Assembly (NCBI RefSeq): GCF_009914755.1
Contig: NC_060936.1
DNA from: the human T2T-CHM13v2.0 reference genome, Homo sapiens
DNA: 64,000 bases
Reading direction: 5' to 3' (one strand)
The notes under the pieces were generated by a model, which was not told where the DNA came from, ran no database searches, and was given only the letters and a program-made list of their open reading frames with translations. The position numbers and the translations under genes were made by a program. Positions 1 to 26,991 of the stretch are shown piece after piece; the first letter of the stretch is position 1; every line of letters starts with the position of its first letter.

Positions 1-1696
1 AAGGGCTTAGCAGCCTCCAAGGGGGAAATGTAAACAATTTCTATTTTACCAAGAGGGAAGCTGGAACACAATGCAAGATCAGCTGTTTTTCCCAAAAAAA
101 AAAAAAAAAGAAATTTCAAATTTTCTTCCATTCCCATGGTTCATTCCACTGTGTAAACGGCTGTCCTGGAAACCAGCCAAGAGCAGCCAGCAATCGGGGA
201 CCATTGCGGGCTCCTGGGGACTGCTGAGCAGGGGCTGGCTGGAGGAAGATTTTCAGTCATCGCATCTTCTGCAACCCTCTCAGACTGCCCCTCCCAAATG
301 ATGACACGTTCAGCTCAAGAGTCATTTCATTCTGAAACAATTGCCAAGCACCAGGCGTGCCCAGCCTGTGGATAGGAATGAATGACGTGCTTCCTCTGAT
401 CTATGTCTGTCCCTTTGAGAAAACACTCACTGCTAAGTGATGTTAACCTCTTGTATCACCTCCTATTTTTAGCCTCTTGAGTGAGTGATAAATCAGGTTA
501 TAATCTGACAGGATGTTTAAAGACATATTAGAATCAAATTAAATGACAGGGCCTCAGACATCATACACACTTTTAAAGAACAGAGCCAGAACACATTATC
601 CCCGCCCAGTTTCAATGCATACCCATTGAAACCTAGTTTTTGTAAAAGGACTTGGCTTATGTCATAAGGTTGACTCTAAGATTAACTATGTCTCCTCCAA
701 TTTTAATCAAGCCCCATGTACCCAGCCAGCTCATTCCAAAAGCTGGAGACCGAGATGATTTCTCTGGAATATTATCATTATGCTGTGAGCTCAGACACTG
801 CTGGTAGAAACCATACTCTCATCCATATCTGTAGGGAGCACCTACTTCATGACAGCCACTGCCTGAGGCACTGTGGGGACAGTGGTGAACACAGAAGACA
901 TCATTCTTACCCTTGTGGAGCTAGCTTAGTGAGGAGATAGATGTTAAGCAAACAACCCAATAAATAAATGGCTGGGTCACTGGGTTCCACTGCTGAAATT
1001 ATGCTATTTGGCGTCTGTTTTAGTCTCTCTCTTCATCCATCCCTTATAGCTGTCTTCTATTTGGCTTCATTTTCCATAAGATTCTACATGACTAAGGTGG
1101 CCACTTGCAGCTCCTGACTACTGCGGTGCTAATGAATGATGACCCCAGAGCAATGACTGTCCCCAGAGTACCACCAAAGTTTCAAGGAGGAGGCTGACTG
1201 GCCCGATTCAGATCACTTGCCCGTTCCTGGACCCATTGTGGAGAACTGCAGAAGAAATAATCCGGCCAGCCCAGGTCGCATGCACACTCTCAAGGTGGGA
1301 AGAGGGAGGGGTGGTGTTGGTGCCCCCGGCACCTTATGGCAGAGCAGGATTCCGATGGCACAGGAGAGAGTGGTTTCCCAAATGAAAGGATGGTAGCTAG
1401 TGAATGTTTGTCCACAAGTGTTAGAGAGTTGATGTTTAAAGTTGGTCAAGTCAAAGAAGAAAAGAGGCAGCACTGTAAATTGTGGGTTTTTTTGGTGTTT
1501 CTTCCACCTCGTCTTGAGTTGTGCAACATGGTAGAAAGAGAGAGGCCTTCAGAACCAGGCAGATGTGGGCCCACATCCTGCCCCCATCACTTCTTAGTGG
1601 CTATGTGGCCTTGTGCAAGTCATCTAACCCTCTCTGAGACAGTTCCTTGCTGGTATCATGGCAATAGAAGCTCCGTATGGGAAGATGAAGTGATAG

Positions 1697-2255
<559 letters not shown>

Positions 2256-2369
2256 TCATTACTGGGAGCACTGGAGGTACCTACTGGATGGTGGGTATTT
2301 AGAAATCTCCCTGGAGTATCATGTCCTGTAACAAGCTTTGTAAATAGTCTCCAGAACTGTGCAGTGGGA

Positions 2370-4320
<1,951 letters not shown>

Positions 4321-4409
4321 AAAAAAATCTACCCTTTACAGTGGTACCCCCAAACTGGACCCTTCTAAAACAAATCTGATCATGTTTCTCCCTTGATTAA
4401 AAGATTCAA

Positions 4410-5404
<995 letters not shown>

Positions 5405-5694
5405 TCAGGTTGCATTTTAATCATTTTCATATTCATGTCACCCATCAGACTATGAGCACCTTCACAGTGGGGAGTGTGTTTTATTCATCTTTAGTGCCCA
5501 GTACAATACCTAACCCAAAGTAGATACTAAACAGGTATTTGTTGAATAAATTCCCAAAAGACCACTCTTTGAAACAGACATTCTAACCATTATAAAGGAA
5601 AAGCAAAGTTAAAATGTATCTTTTGAACTTGAATATACACACAAGTTCCCATCACCCAAAAAATCATCTTAGTGGTTAGAAACATATTAATACC

Positions 5695-6155
5695 TGTATT
5701 ATGGGTTGAACTGTATCTCTCCCACCCCACCCCCCAAAATATTGAAGTCCTAACCCCAGTACCTCAAAATGTGATCTTATTTGGAAATAGGGTCTTTACA
5801 GATGTAATCAAGTTAAAATGACATCAGTAGAGTGGGCTCTACTTCAATGTGGCTGGTGTTCTTACAAAAAGGGAAAATTTAGACATGGAGACAGACATGG
5901 TCAGAGGAAAATCATGTGAAGACCTGGAGTTGTGAAGACAAGGATTGAAGCAACGCATCTACAAGCTAAAGAGTGCCTGAAGCTACCAGAAGCGAGGACA
6001 GAGGCATGGAATAGTTCCTTCCCTAGCCCCTTTAGAGGGAACACGGCCCTGTCCGCACCTTAATTTTGGACCTGTGGCCTCCAGAACTGAGACAATGAAT
6101 TTCTGTTAGTTTAAGCTGCTCAGGTTTTGTTTTGGCAGCCCTAGGAAGCTAACAG
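5695..6155 (+). mobile_element. MaLR solo LTR (MLT1B/C-like)
   Basis: tatgggttgaactg...gaagtcctaaccccagtacctc...ggaaatagggtctttacagatgtaatcaagtt...ggcagccctaggaagctaac. Confidence 0.8.
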
Positions 6156-6877
6156 ACCTCACAACATGACAGAAGCCAAAATATATTTGCTTTGCTTTAC
6201 CCCTTTGGAACTCTGAAAATTTAATTCTTTTCTTTTTTGGCTGAAAAATTGTTTTTATGCTGAAAAAAATCCAAGAAAACCCAAATAGCACTCTGTGCAA
6301 TTTTGCCTAACAGAGAATTAAGAAGAATCCCAAAAGATCTCACTTTAATTGGGTTTAAATTAATCTACATTTTACATTTATAATGACATTAAATTAACCA
6401 AATGCATTTTTATAATAATAATGCATTCTGAAGGGTGGAAATTGGATTATGTTAATTAGAGTGCTCTATTTTTATTTAGTAAAAGAAAGTTATGCATCTT
6501 CTGCTCATTTCATAACTCTGGATGAGCCTCATTATAAAATAAAATAGTCTATTAATTAAAATGTACTCTATGAAAACTGTAGAATTCTGGACGGAAAGCA
6601 ACAGGATGGAGGTAAGTGGTGAAAATTTCCAGAATCCACAGGGAGGTGACGGAGAAGGTGTCACTAAGTGGTTTTGGCAGTGAAAAAAGAAAAGAAGCTG
6701 ATATGTTGGGGAGGAATTGGTCAGTCTAACCAGAAAACAAAAGCCACTTTAAGTGTCTTAACAGAGGGAATTTAATCCAGGGAAAATAGACATAATGGAA
6801 AAGCTACACATCCAAAGGGATAGTGAGGCAAACCTGAAATTACAGCAGAAGGAACCACTGCTGGCTTCAGGCTAGAG

Positions 6878-7117
6878 CACTTTCTCAACCTGGGCACTCT
6901 TGACATTTCTGCTGGGATAACTGTTTGTTGTGGGCAGTTGTCCTGTGTTTCATCACATGTTTAGCCTTCATCTCTGACCATTATCCACTAAATGCCCCTC
7001 CCCAAGTTGTAACAACCAAAAATGGCTCCAGACATTGCTAAACATCCCTTGGGTGTATTTGTGTGCAGCGGCTGGGGGTAAGTAGTAGACAGACATGCTC
7101 CCAGCTGAGAGCCACTG
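6878..7117 (-). mobile_element. MER20 (hAT-Charlie)
   Basis: tttctcaacct...aaccaaaaatggctccagacattgctaaacatccc...gagagccactg; TSD-like ggctagag/agctagaa. Confidence 0.8.
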
Positions 7118-7448
7118 AGCTAGAAGGACAAAAGGAGAAGTAGTGACCAGAACCCAGGGCCAGGGTCACCCAAGCAAGAAGAGCTGGAACCACGAAGCAG
7201 AGAGGTCTGTCCAGTAGAGAAGGGGAGGCCTCAGGCAGAGAGGGGAAGGGACAAACACCCTGGCTTCTCCCTTGTCCCCACGTTCTCCTTCAGGTGGCTG
7301 TTGGCTTCCTGCCATACAGAGCAGAGCAAGGGAAAAGAGAGGAGTGGCTCTGAGAACACAGGCCAGGGGCAGCACTTTGCTTCTGAATAAGGACAACAAT
7401 TTAGATTTCAGATCCAACTCAGACTGGTGCTCCTTCAATTTGCCAGAT

Positions 7449-7538
7449 CCCCAGACAATGGCTGCTTCACACAGGGGTCCCCGGATGACGGCCGCTTCAC
7501 ACAGGGGCCCCCGACTGACGGCTGCATCACCCGGGGCA
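7449..7538 (+). repeat. 30-bp tandem repeat, about 3 copies
   Basis: ccccagacaatggctgcttcacacaggggt / ccccggatgacggccgcttcacacaggggc / ccccgactgacggctgcatcacccggggca. Confidence 0.85.
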
Positions 7539-8496
7539 GACCTACTGTGAAACTAAAGGCGCCTAAACGCCAAGCCCCTTACTTGGGCAGACTCAAGGTC
7601 CTTGGAGGGCTCTGGTAATATTTTCCTCATGGCCTCACATTTAGTCAACTTGGCATCACACTTCCCCTCCTGTTGAGTGGGACTGAAGTGGGTGTGGGCA
7701 TCTGTTTAAAGGAAGGTTGAGTTGGGGATCACACTGCCCTTGGACCTGGGCAGCAGCGGCTCCTGCCCTGAACCCCACACTTAGGAGGGCCTCACCCTGG
7801 TTCTCCTCCTGCTATACCCCTCCCTTTAGGTTGAAAAGCCCACAGAGTCCAGGAGATATGCCACCCAAAATGTACACACCCCTCATCCCCAGTTCTTGCC
7901 CATACTTTCAGTACCTAAGACCCCAGGATTCTCTGCTCAAAGGCCCTGAGTCTGCCTCCAGGATGTACAGGGTCCTCTCCCCTGAGTCCAGCCTTCCAAG
8001 AGTGGACCATGCTGTCAGAGTGCACACCCTTAGACCCAGGAAGTGGCCAAGGCACCGCTCTTTGCTGGAGGTTGTGGATAAAGCTTGGACATTGTAGACT
8101 AGGGTATCCACATACATGTGTGAGAGGCTGCTCATAGTATGAAACGGAGTAGGGAGTAAGAAGAGAATTGGGGGTTCAGAAATGAGCAATAAAATCAATA
8201 GAAATTATTCTGGGTCAAGCACTATGGTTCGCACCTGCAATCCTAGCAATTTGAGAGGCCAAGGTGGGAAGACCACTTGAGCCCAGGAGTTCAAGGCCAG
8301 CCTAGGCAACATAGGGAGATACCATCTCTACAAAAAATGTAAAAATTAGCCAAATGTGGTGAAGTGTACCTGTAGTCCAAGCTACTCTGGAGGTTGAGGT
8401 GGAGGAACACCTGAGCCCAGGAGGTCAAGGCTACAGAGAGCCATGATTGTGCCACTGCACTCCAGCCTGGGCAACAGAGCAAGACCCTGTCTCAGA

Positions 8497-8640
8497 AAAA
8501 GGAAAGAAGGAAAGAAAGAAAGAGAGAGAGAGAGAGAGAGAAAGAAAGAAAGAGAGAGAGAGAGGGAGGGAGGGAGGGAGGCAGAGAGAGGGAGACAGAG
8601 AGAGAGAAAGGAAGGAAGGAAGGAAGGATGGAAGGAAATT
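8497..8640 (+). repeat. (GA)n/(GGAA)n polypurine tract from an Alu tail
   Basis: Direct inspection. Confidence 0.9.
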
Positions 8641-8798
8641 ATTCTGACAATGAGAAGCAAACTGTAAGCCAAAATATATTTTTTTTCAAATTATACCCAA
8701 AGTATAGTAACTAACTCATTTAGAGGAAGAAAGGACTTTCAAACAAAGAATAGGCTTTTATATTGTTTGATTATCTATTTATTTTTTATCTAACATGA

Positions 8799-9279
<481 letters not shown>

Positions 9280-11088
9280 GGCAACAATTTTAAAAATTTA
9301 CATGACTTACCAATAGCCAGTTCTGAGGCTGAAAATCTTTTCTAATATATAAATATTTTAAAGGAAGAGTATTCAACCATGCTATAGGGAAGACTGAATT
9401 CTCTATCTCTAGAAAATGATATTACGAAATCATTGCATGTGAAGAAGCACATGGAGGTATGCAATTACAAAAACAGAAAAGTGTAAAGAGAGTGTTGAGT
9501 AGTCCAATAATAAAGATATTATTTTTCTGGATTTTTGTACTATTTGTCAGCTTTTAAAACTTTGTAACATGCTATAATTTCTTTTCCCATTTTAAGTAAA
9601 ATATTCAATTTCATACTTAATTTTATATTTATAACTTTGCATTCTTTTTCCTAGGGAAGGAGCTCACCTCCCCACAAATTGTATAAACCTTAGTTTCCAC
9701 AAAACCTGGATCTTCCCTGGCATCATCATTTATTATGTGAGTTGTTTGGGTGTGGAGAGGTGAAGTGAGAGGTGCTTGAGGGCTATGTCTGGGGAAATTT
9801 ATAGAAAATTATCTGAAAGGGCAGCTTCTGCTGACCCATAAGATGTCAAGATGTATTATTTTGAGGTAAACATGTCAGCAACTGGTACTTCTCGGATGCC
9901 TTTTCAGATGACTGAATTCTCTCCTCATTTCTCCTTGTTTTTGTTGTGTAGTCATGGTGGCAGCTGATAAGAGGTGAGATAATGGGGCCAGGGACAGATA
10001 CCTTAGCTGTCACCTCACAGTCTCCCACACCATAGAGAGCAAAGAAAGACAATGGTAAAAAAAAAAAAAAAATCCCACCCAGGAGCCCCCCGGAACACGC
10101 CACTCATCCTGACAAAGAGCTGGTTTCCAACTGGGACAGATCCCAGAAGCAGACCAAGCTGGGGTGTGGGCCCCAGGGCAGTAGGAGCCAAACCAACTTG
10201 TTTCCTCTGTGAGGCTACAGGCTGCAGAGCCAGGACTATTCTTCTCATGGAACAAAGCACAGGGATTAATTTGCAGGATGAAATTTATTATGTCTTTTAC
10301 AGTAAAGACATTTTGCCCTGAAGCTTATTAGGTTTCTGAGTGCTCACATTTTCTGAAAAATAGCCACTGCAATTTGCAGATTTAATTCCAACCTAAGTTG
10401 GTGTGGTTCAGGGATGTGTCCAAGACAGGCTACCCGGGGCAATGCTGCGCATCCATTTCCCAGCAAAGCTTCTTTGATTTCTGAAAGACTTTACCATTAA
10501 ATATAGTGAGTTGAACACAGGCTTTATCTCTTCTCTCTTCTGAAATCTCAATCACATGACTGTAAAATAACAAAATCGGTGTGAAGTAGGTATAAATCCA
10601 CGCAGAAAAAAAGAATGAGAGGAAGATAACAGCAGACTAGAGATTCAACAGAATTCTGGAAGCTGGAATCCTGAGAAGTGGGACTTGCAGGGCAGAGAAA
10701 ACTGGATCAGAAATACTCACCCTGCCCCTGCCACATTAGGCCAGAACAGAACACCTTTCACAAAGTAATTTTCAATGTATATGTTATGAGATTATTTTCT
10801 AAGATGGATCACTTATGATTATAAAACAAAGAACTTTCCTTTACTAAATAGGAGGAGCTAATCAGGAGCAAGTTCATTGTTATTCTATGTCTGCTCTCCA
10901 ATCCCTGGCCAAGAAATTCTCTTTCTGGAGAGGGTGAGCCCGCAAATCCCTGACTCAGGAGGACTTGGGTGAGATGTCACAGTGCAAACAGAGGTAAAGG
11001 TGGAGTTGGCTCTATCTGAAACACAGACTGAAGAAGAGAAGAGTGGTTTCCCCAGAGGAAAAGAAGAAAAGTGGGGTAAAAATAATAA

Positions 11089-11836
11089 TAATGTGGACAG
11101 GAAGCAAGGAAATACTGGGTAGAAGAGGGTGGTTCCCTGGCAAGGGCCCCACTCTCAAGCCTGGAAACCCACGGGAACAGGCATTCTTGTTTTTGTGCCC
11201 AAATGTTGCCTTTTGGCCTGCCACGCCCCCTATCTTGTACTCATATAAACCCCAAACTCCAGGTTCCACAAGCAGATGAGAAAACAGAAGAGCAGCAGAG
11301 TGGTGCAACAGAGAAGGAGAGAAGAGAAGGAGCATCTGAACATCAAGAGGAGTTCAGCTGGGGACAGTTGGTTGGGAGATCAGCTACAGGACAGCCAAAC
11401 TCCAGGGGAAGATGATCTTCCCACTCCATCCCCTTTCTGGCTCCTCATCCATTCTGCTGAGAGCCACCTCCAGCTCTCAATAAAACCCCCACATTCACCA
11501 GCCTTCAAGTCTGTGTGTGATCTGATTCTTCCTGGATGCTGGAAAAGGACCTGGGTACCAGAAGGACAGGGTGTAAAAGGCTGTCACCCTGACTCTCTAC
11601 TGAGCTGGTGTAGCAATTAGCTGTCCACAGATGACAGCTACTAAAAGGGCATAAATTGTAACACCTTCTTAGATGCCACCATGGGGCCAGAGCCCAAAAG
11701 TGCTCACCCCAGCTCCTGCATCTGCCCATCTGTGTGCTCCCCCTCCTGTAAGGTGTTTGAGTGCATGGTGGTCGAACATTTGAGCCATACTCCTGCTGCA
11801 TGTCCTGCCGGGGGGTCAGGGAACTCTCCCATTTCA
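11089..11836 (+). mobile_element. ERV1 solo LTR, LTR1 family
   Basis: Starts ...ggacaggaagcaaggaaatactgggtagaagagg, ends ggggtcagggaactctcccatttca; 4-bp TSD ATAA; TATA-like catataaa about 11242; AATAAA about 11479. Confidence 0.82.
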
Positions 11837-12224
11837 ATAAGAGTTTATATATAAACCTGTACCAAATAGTGTTTAAAACACTTTCTATACACTAATTCAG
11901 TTAATTCTTACACGACTGTGTGCTGGAGGTGCAAATATCACTTAATTTTACATTTCATGAGACTGAGACACAGAGAAAGTAAATTCCCCAAGGTCACACT
12001 GCTGGTAAGTAGCAGAGCCAGGAGATGAACCCAGACAGTCTGGGGAAAATGGTTCCTGGGTGACAAAAACACAAAAGTTCTGCCATAGTTAATTTTGCGG
12101 ATGGTACAATTTTACCCGGTTTCCCATAATTAGAAAATGGGACGAGGAAATGCCATAAGGTTAAGCTCGTTCCTCTGAGCAGATTCTTTTCTGCAGCAGC
12201 AGGTCCCCCTATAAATATGGGTCT

Positions 12225-12380
12225 GTGATAATCTGAGTAATGGCCCCCAAAAGATGTCTGTGTCTCAGTCCCTGGAACCTGTTACTTTACATGGTCAAAG
12301 AGACTCTGCGGATGTGATTAAATGAAGGATCTTGAGATGGGGAGATGAGCCTGGATGGGTTCTCCAATCCTCACAGGAGA
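12225..12380 (+). mobile_element. MLT1D-like LTR 5' fragment
   Basis: aatggcccccaaaagatgtc...ccctggaacctg...gatgtgattaaatgaaggatcttgagatgggg. Confidence 0.7.
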
Positions 12381-13281
12381 CCCCACACCCCTTTCCACTT
12401 CCAGACCACGAGGGGAGGGGCTCACAGACTAGAAAGCCCTCTGCAAATGCTACCCTGAGCCCATATCACTATTGCAATCACTGGTAAGAATCTGGGGACA
12501 AAGGTGAGTGGGATCTCAGACAGATATCTCTCCAAGTTGGGATATAACTGAAATTGGCACTGATTACACCTGACATTGGATACCCATATAACCAATGGTT
12601 TATGATCACAGAACAGCAAACTCTCCCATCAAAATCAGGGTAAATATACCAAGATATTTGTAGAATTCAAACACCAATCTAACTTGATTTCATTCAGGAA
12701 ACACAATGTCTAGAGTGTTAAAGACTTTGCTGTGGTTTCAAGGAAAGAATCATGAATAAAGTCTGGCTCAGCCATGTCTATAAAAAGGATTAAACTTTAT
12801 GAGTCATGGATGAGAGCTGGTGTGTGATCAACAGCCCACCTGTTCTCTTGGTGTAAATCATGTCTTTTCATTTTTAAGCTACTTTTATATTGTAAATCTA
12901 TAATTCTAAAATGACCTTTATAGCTGGAGGATTAGAGAGGAACCCTATTGTTCTGGAATGGGCCACCAGAGACTTGAGCAGATGGGAGAAGCAAATAATA
13001 TAAGCCAGGAAGGGCACCAAGAGAGTCATTTGTCTTAGGGTATGTCAATCATTTCAGGTCTGCAACAGGACTCTGTGTTCCCTAGATAAGAAGCAGAAGT
13101 TTATTGGGTACACCCATATGAGTCATGAACCAGGAAAACACACATTCAGCCAGGAGCTGCAGGCAGACATTGGGAGGCCATATGACTGTCAGAGGTACTA
13201 GGCTCAGACCTTGACTTAGAACAGAGACATCAAAAACATGAGGCACACTCCCCATTCCATGTCCATGGCAGACATTACTAA

Positions 13282-15102
<1,821 letters not shown>

Positions 15103-16439
15103 TTACAACTAGCATCAATTGGGTCATGTATCTTTTAGCTTTAAGCATTAAAAAACCTTCCCCAAACTGGCTTAGACAGAAGAACTTATTGGCTTACGAA
15201 AGAGAAAAATGGAGAATGAATTTTAGGCAGGGTTTGATCCAGCAACTCAAGGGCATCCACGTCTTCCCATCTCTACTCTCTTCATCCTAATGTTGGCTCT
15301 CATTATTGCAAGATGCTGACCAGTAGCCCCTGGGGCTGGGAGAAGGGGAAATGTGTCCTCATTAATATCAAAGAGAAGAGAAAGGAGTCTGTGTCTCAGA
15401 ATTCTTGTCAAAGGACCTCGGATTGGACTAGCTTAAGTCTTGTGCCCGCCTTTGAGCCAATCGCTGTGTCCATGGGGAGGAAAATCAGGTTCTAACCAGG
15501 AGATGGCTATGGAGCCAGCCACATAAAACCTGCAGAGCTGAGAATGGTGGGAATGAGTGCTGGTTTCCCCAAGAAAATAGGATATTGTTATGATGAATGA
15601 AGAGAAATAGAGGCTGGACAGCCAACAACAGGTCTCCTAGCATCAGATGTACAGGGGAAGGTGGAATGTGTGTACTGCACATTCTAAATCAAAGGTAAAG
15701 TTAACAGCTGAAGTTTCTCCCTAGAAGTAACTTTTGCTTGAAAAAAAAAAATGCAACAGGAAGAGAAAGCTCCCATGATGTGATTGTGACCATGCTCAGC
15801 TGGGTAGCAGCTGCTCTGCCAGATGAGACACAGGGATAGCCAATGCACATGAATAATCTCTGAAGATGGATCTGATACATGCACTTTACCTAACAGTCTT
15901 GGAAGGACTCATAGGATACACCCCAAGGAGTGAGTTAATGTTGTGTGCTTTATTTATTCACAAGGATGGTTTCCTCCTGAAACCCAGCACTGTGTTAACA
16001 TTCTGCATGTCACTTTGGTTCAAGCAAGTCCCAGGAAGATGGATCACTATTTATTCACTGAAGAATTTCCCAAGTTAAAGAAGAGATACAATTAATAACG
16101 TTAGAGTAGCCCAGCTAGAAACTCTAACAAGTTATATAACATAGAAGACAGAGAATAATGAGAACAGTTATTCCTTTGTGCTTCAAAGAGAGTAGTAAAA
16201 TAGACTCGATAGCATGAAAATTTTTCAATAGTTTTTTTTTTCCCCACTTTTGGCCTAATGGGCCTTGATTCATGCCAGGGGTCTATGGGGCTGAAAGAGC
16301 CAACATATCTATCTGAAATAGAGTTCTCCAACCATTATGTCAGATACAACATTAGTTTTCAAAATCTTGTCTGATAATGAGGCGATTGTTTAAATGAGTT
16401 ATGATATACACCTACAGTGAAATTGTACTCATTCATTTA

Positions 16440-17695
<1,256 letters not shown>

Positions 17696-18667
17696 GTGGC
17701 ATTCTTTCTGTCAGCAGCGACAGTCATCTGTGGATTGATGTAGGGGAGTAAAAGGATATGCGCACGGAAAAATGAGTGAATGAATAAACACAGCACCAAT
17801 TAGAGCAGTGAAGGAAACTCAGGAATCCAGAGGCCAACCCCCAGTTCCCTTCATTCCATCTAGCTAACATCTAAATGAGATCCTGTTCCAGGCTATCCTC
17901 TTTCCAGTCACTAGAAGGGACAGTCCGCAGGAGGCATTTTAGTGCTTCCAGATCTGGAGATGGCGTTTTCTTGTTCTCAGGAGGGGCATCTTAAGAGTCT
18001 AGACTCTCAGACCCTTCTAAGGGGTCAGCCACCTCCAGCCTCTACCCCTTGAGGAATTTATCTTTTCATTGATCTCTAGATCCCTCCAGCCTCCCCAGGT
18101 GGGGCCACAGCTTGTCTCGGAAGGAATGCCATCCCTGCTGAACCTCAGGGGCTCCTTGACCTTCACCCTGTCTCAGTCACCTTCTCCAGCCTTGCCACCC
18201 CCACACAACCCTCATTAGTGGCCACCATCACCACTGCCGCTGTGCTGCAGCCCTGTTAGAGACGACTTCCCTCCTCTTCAGTCCTGAGCAAAGAGACAAG
18301 GAAACACCTTCTCAACAGCCTCGTGAGTCTAGAAACACAGAGGTTCCATTCACGGGGCTTTTCCCAGGTAGGGAGGAAGGCGTGGACTCATCAATCTTCC
18401 ATCTCGGCAGCACCCCTTCCTCTTCTTGTTCACCACCCTGCTAGCTTGAGGGACAGAAAGTGACAAAAAAAGGAGGCGAAACAAACTGAAAGCCTGCAAT
18501 TAGCTTAAATGAGCTATCCACTAGATGCTGAGCTGTAGTGGATTGTTGCGAAGGGCCCCATGTTGACAGGTTTGGTTTTTTGTTTTTTCTTTTTTTAATT
18601 TTTCAAGAATAAGCAGAAATCTAGATTCTTATGTATAGTCTCCCAGATTTTAAACATTGGTGACTCA

Positions 18668-19966
<1,299 letters not shown>

Positions 19967-20893
19967 TTAATCTGTAAGAACATAAGCTCTACCCCTCCCT
20001 GAAGCTTTGGATAGATTGTTGGATTTTCTTCAACTGTGAAGGGGAGAGGGGCTTTCTGAGTCAATTTTATCTAGATCTAAGGAGCAGGAAGACCCCAAGT
20101 GACATTTGATTTGTATAGTTAATGCCTACCCTCCTTCTGTCCCCAACCACTTCTAGAGACTCTTGGCAAAATTGGATGGGAATTTTCTGACACTGCCTCT
20201 GCTTGTACAATACTGAGAAGTCAGGAAGAGCTTGAGTTGGCTGTAATTCTAAAGGGTGAATGGATGCTGATGGTGTTTCCTAGCAACAGCTGAAAAGAAA
20301 TCAATGTCAAGTGATACAAGTTCCATGAGTAGAAGAAGCAAAATATCCACTGAAACATGGTGAGAAGTCACATGACCTAGGTACTGACTGTCAGGCCCAA
20401 ACTGGCCATTGTAAGCTAATCTTGCTGTTAGGATGCTGTAAAGATGAGGCAAGAGCAAAGGGGTTGTAGGAAGCCTCATAAAAATGACCCCAAATCAAAA
20501 TGTTCAATCAAAGCCCATCTTTGGAGCAATGGCCTTAGCCAGAGAAAACCACTTAATTTGTAGATAACCAAAGGTCATAGAAGGTTGTCAAATAAATCCC
20601 TTTAATCTAATTATGAATGACATTTACCTCAATAAAGCCACATGGTATTAAATAAGACATTAATAATCATATCTCACAAGAATGGAAATGACTCTCATCC
20701 ATTACCCATCTCATAAACTTAGAAAGCATTGATTTTTAGCCAAGAACCAACTGAAGAATACTAATATCCTACTGCATTAGTCAGGGTTGTTTTTGCTGCC
20801 AATGAGAGAAATTCAGCTGGAATTGAGCAAATTCAAGGGGACAGAGTAAGTCATAGAATCAAAGGAAGTCTCTCTCTCTCTCCTTCCTAGGGA

Positions 20894-21254
<361 letters not shown>

Positions 21255-21995
21255 GAGAGACAGAGAAAGAGAGAAAAAAAGCAAGCCAGCCAGCCTAGGG
21301 AATAATTTGATTAGCTTGGTGTGGACCGCACATATGTCTTATTCCAGGGCCACTTATTAGGGCCAGGAGGATGGTGTCAGAAGGCAGGAGGCAGTGTGCT
21401 GTAGTTAGCAGGGCTGGAATGGGAAGGAGAAGTTTTCCAAAGAAGGCGGATGCTGTTTTCAAAAGGGAAGAAACTGATGCTGAGCAGACAAATACCAAAT
21501 GCCCGGCACATTTATTGAATCTGTGATAAGAGTGAATTTTATAACCTGCCACTATCATTAGCTTGTCTAAGTTGTCTTGGCAAAGGTAAAACATTACAGA
21601 ATCCAGGGCTGTCTGGAATGTACTGTGGATTTGATCTTTCTAAATCATTTGTAATTATCTATCATAGGAGGTGGAACGTTAGCTGTACATCTCTGAAAAT
21701 ACCAAATTTCATTTTCCTGTAAATAAAAGAAGGGTACTATAAAGATAAAAGCTAATATTATAGCTATATATCTAATTTTGTCTTCAAATATAACCATTCA
21801 GTGTTTTAAGTAAATAATTTAAAATTGAGTTTCTAGTAAAACTCAAAGGAATATTACATAAAATAACTTTAAAAAAGTCTCTAAGTCATTCTTGTATAGT
21901 GATCTATATTAACTAATAAAAGGCCAAAAATTAATCATGCTTTCAGGAACTGTAAATCAGTAAACTAAATTATCATTATTTAATATTGTTGTTAA

Positions 21996-26991
<4,996 letters not shown>

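Noticed and set aside
7272-7550. ORF with repeated AASHRGPR peptide; possible CRISPR-like array
   Set aside because: A by-product of the 30-bp tandem repeat; non-ATG start, no unique spacers, eukaryotic context
8382-8672. Low-complexity ER/KR- or SL-rich ORFs (also 24616-24972)
   Set aside because: Translations of purine-rich Alu-tail microsatellites
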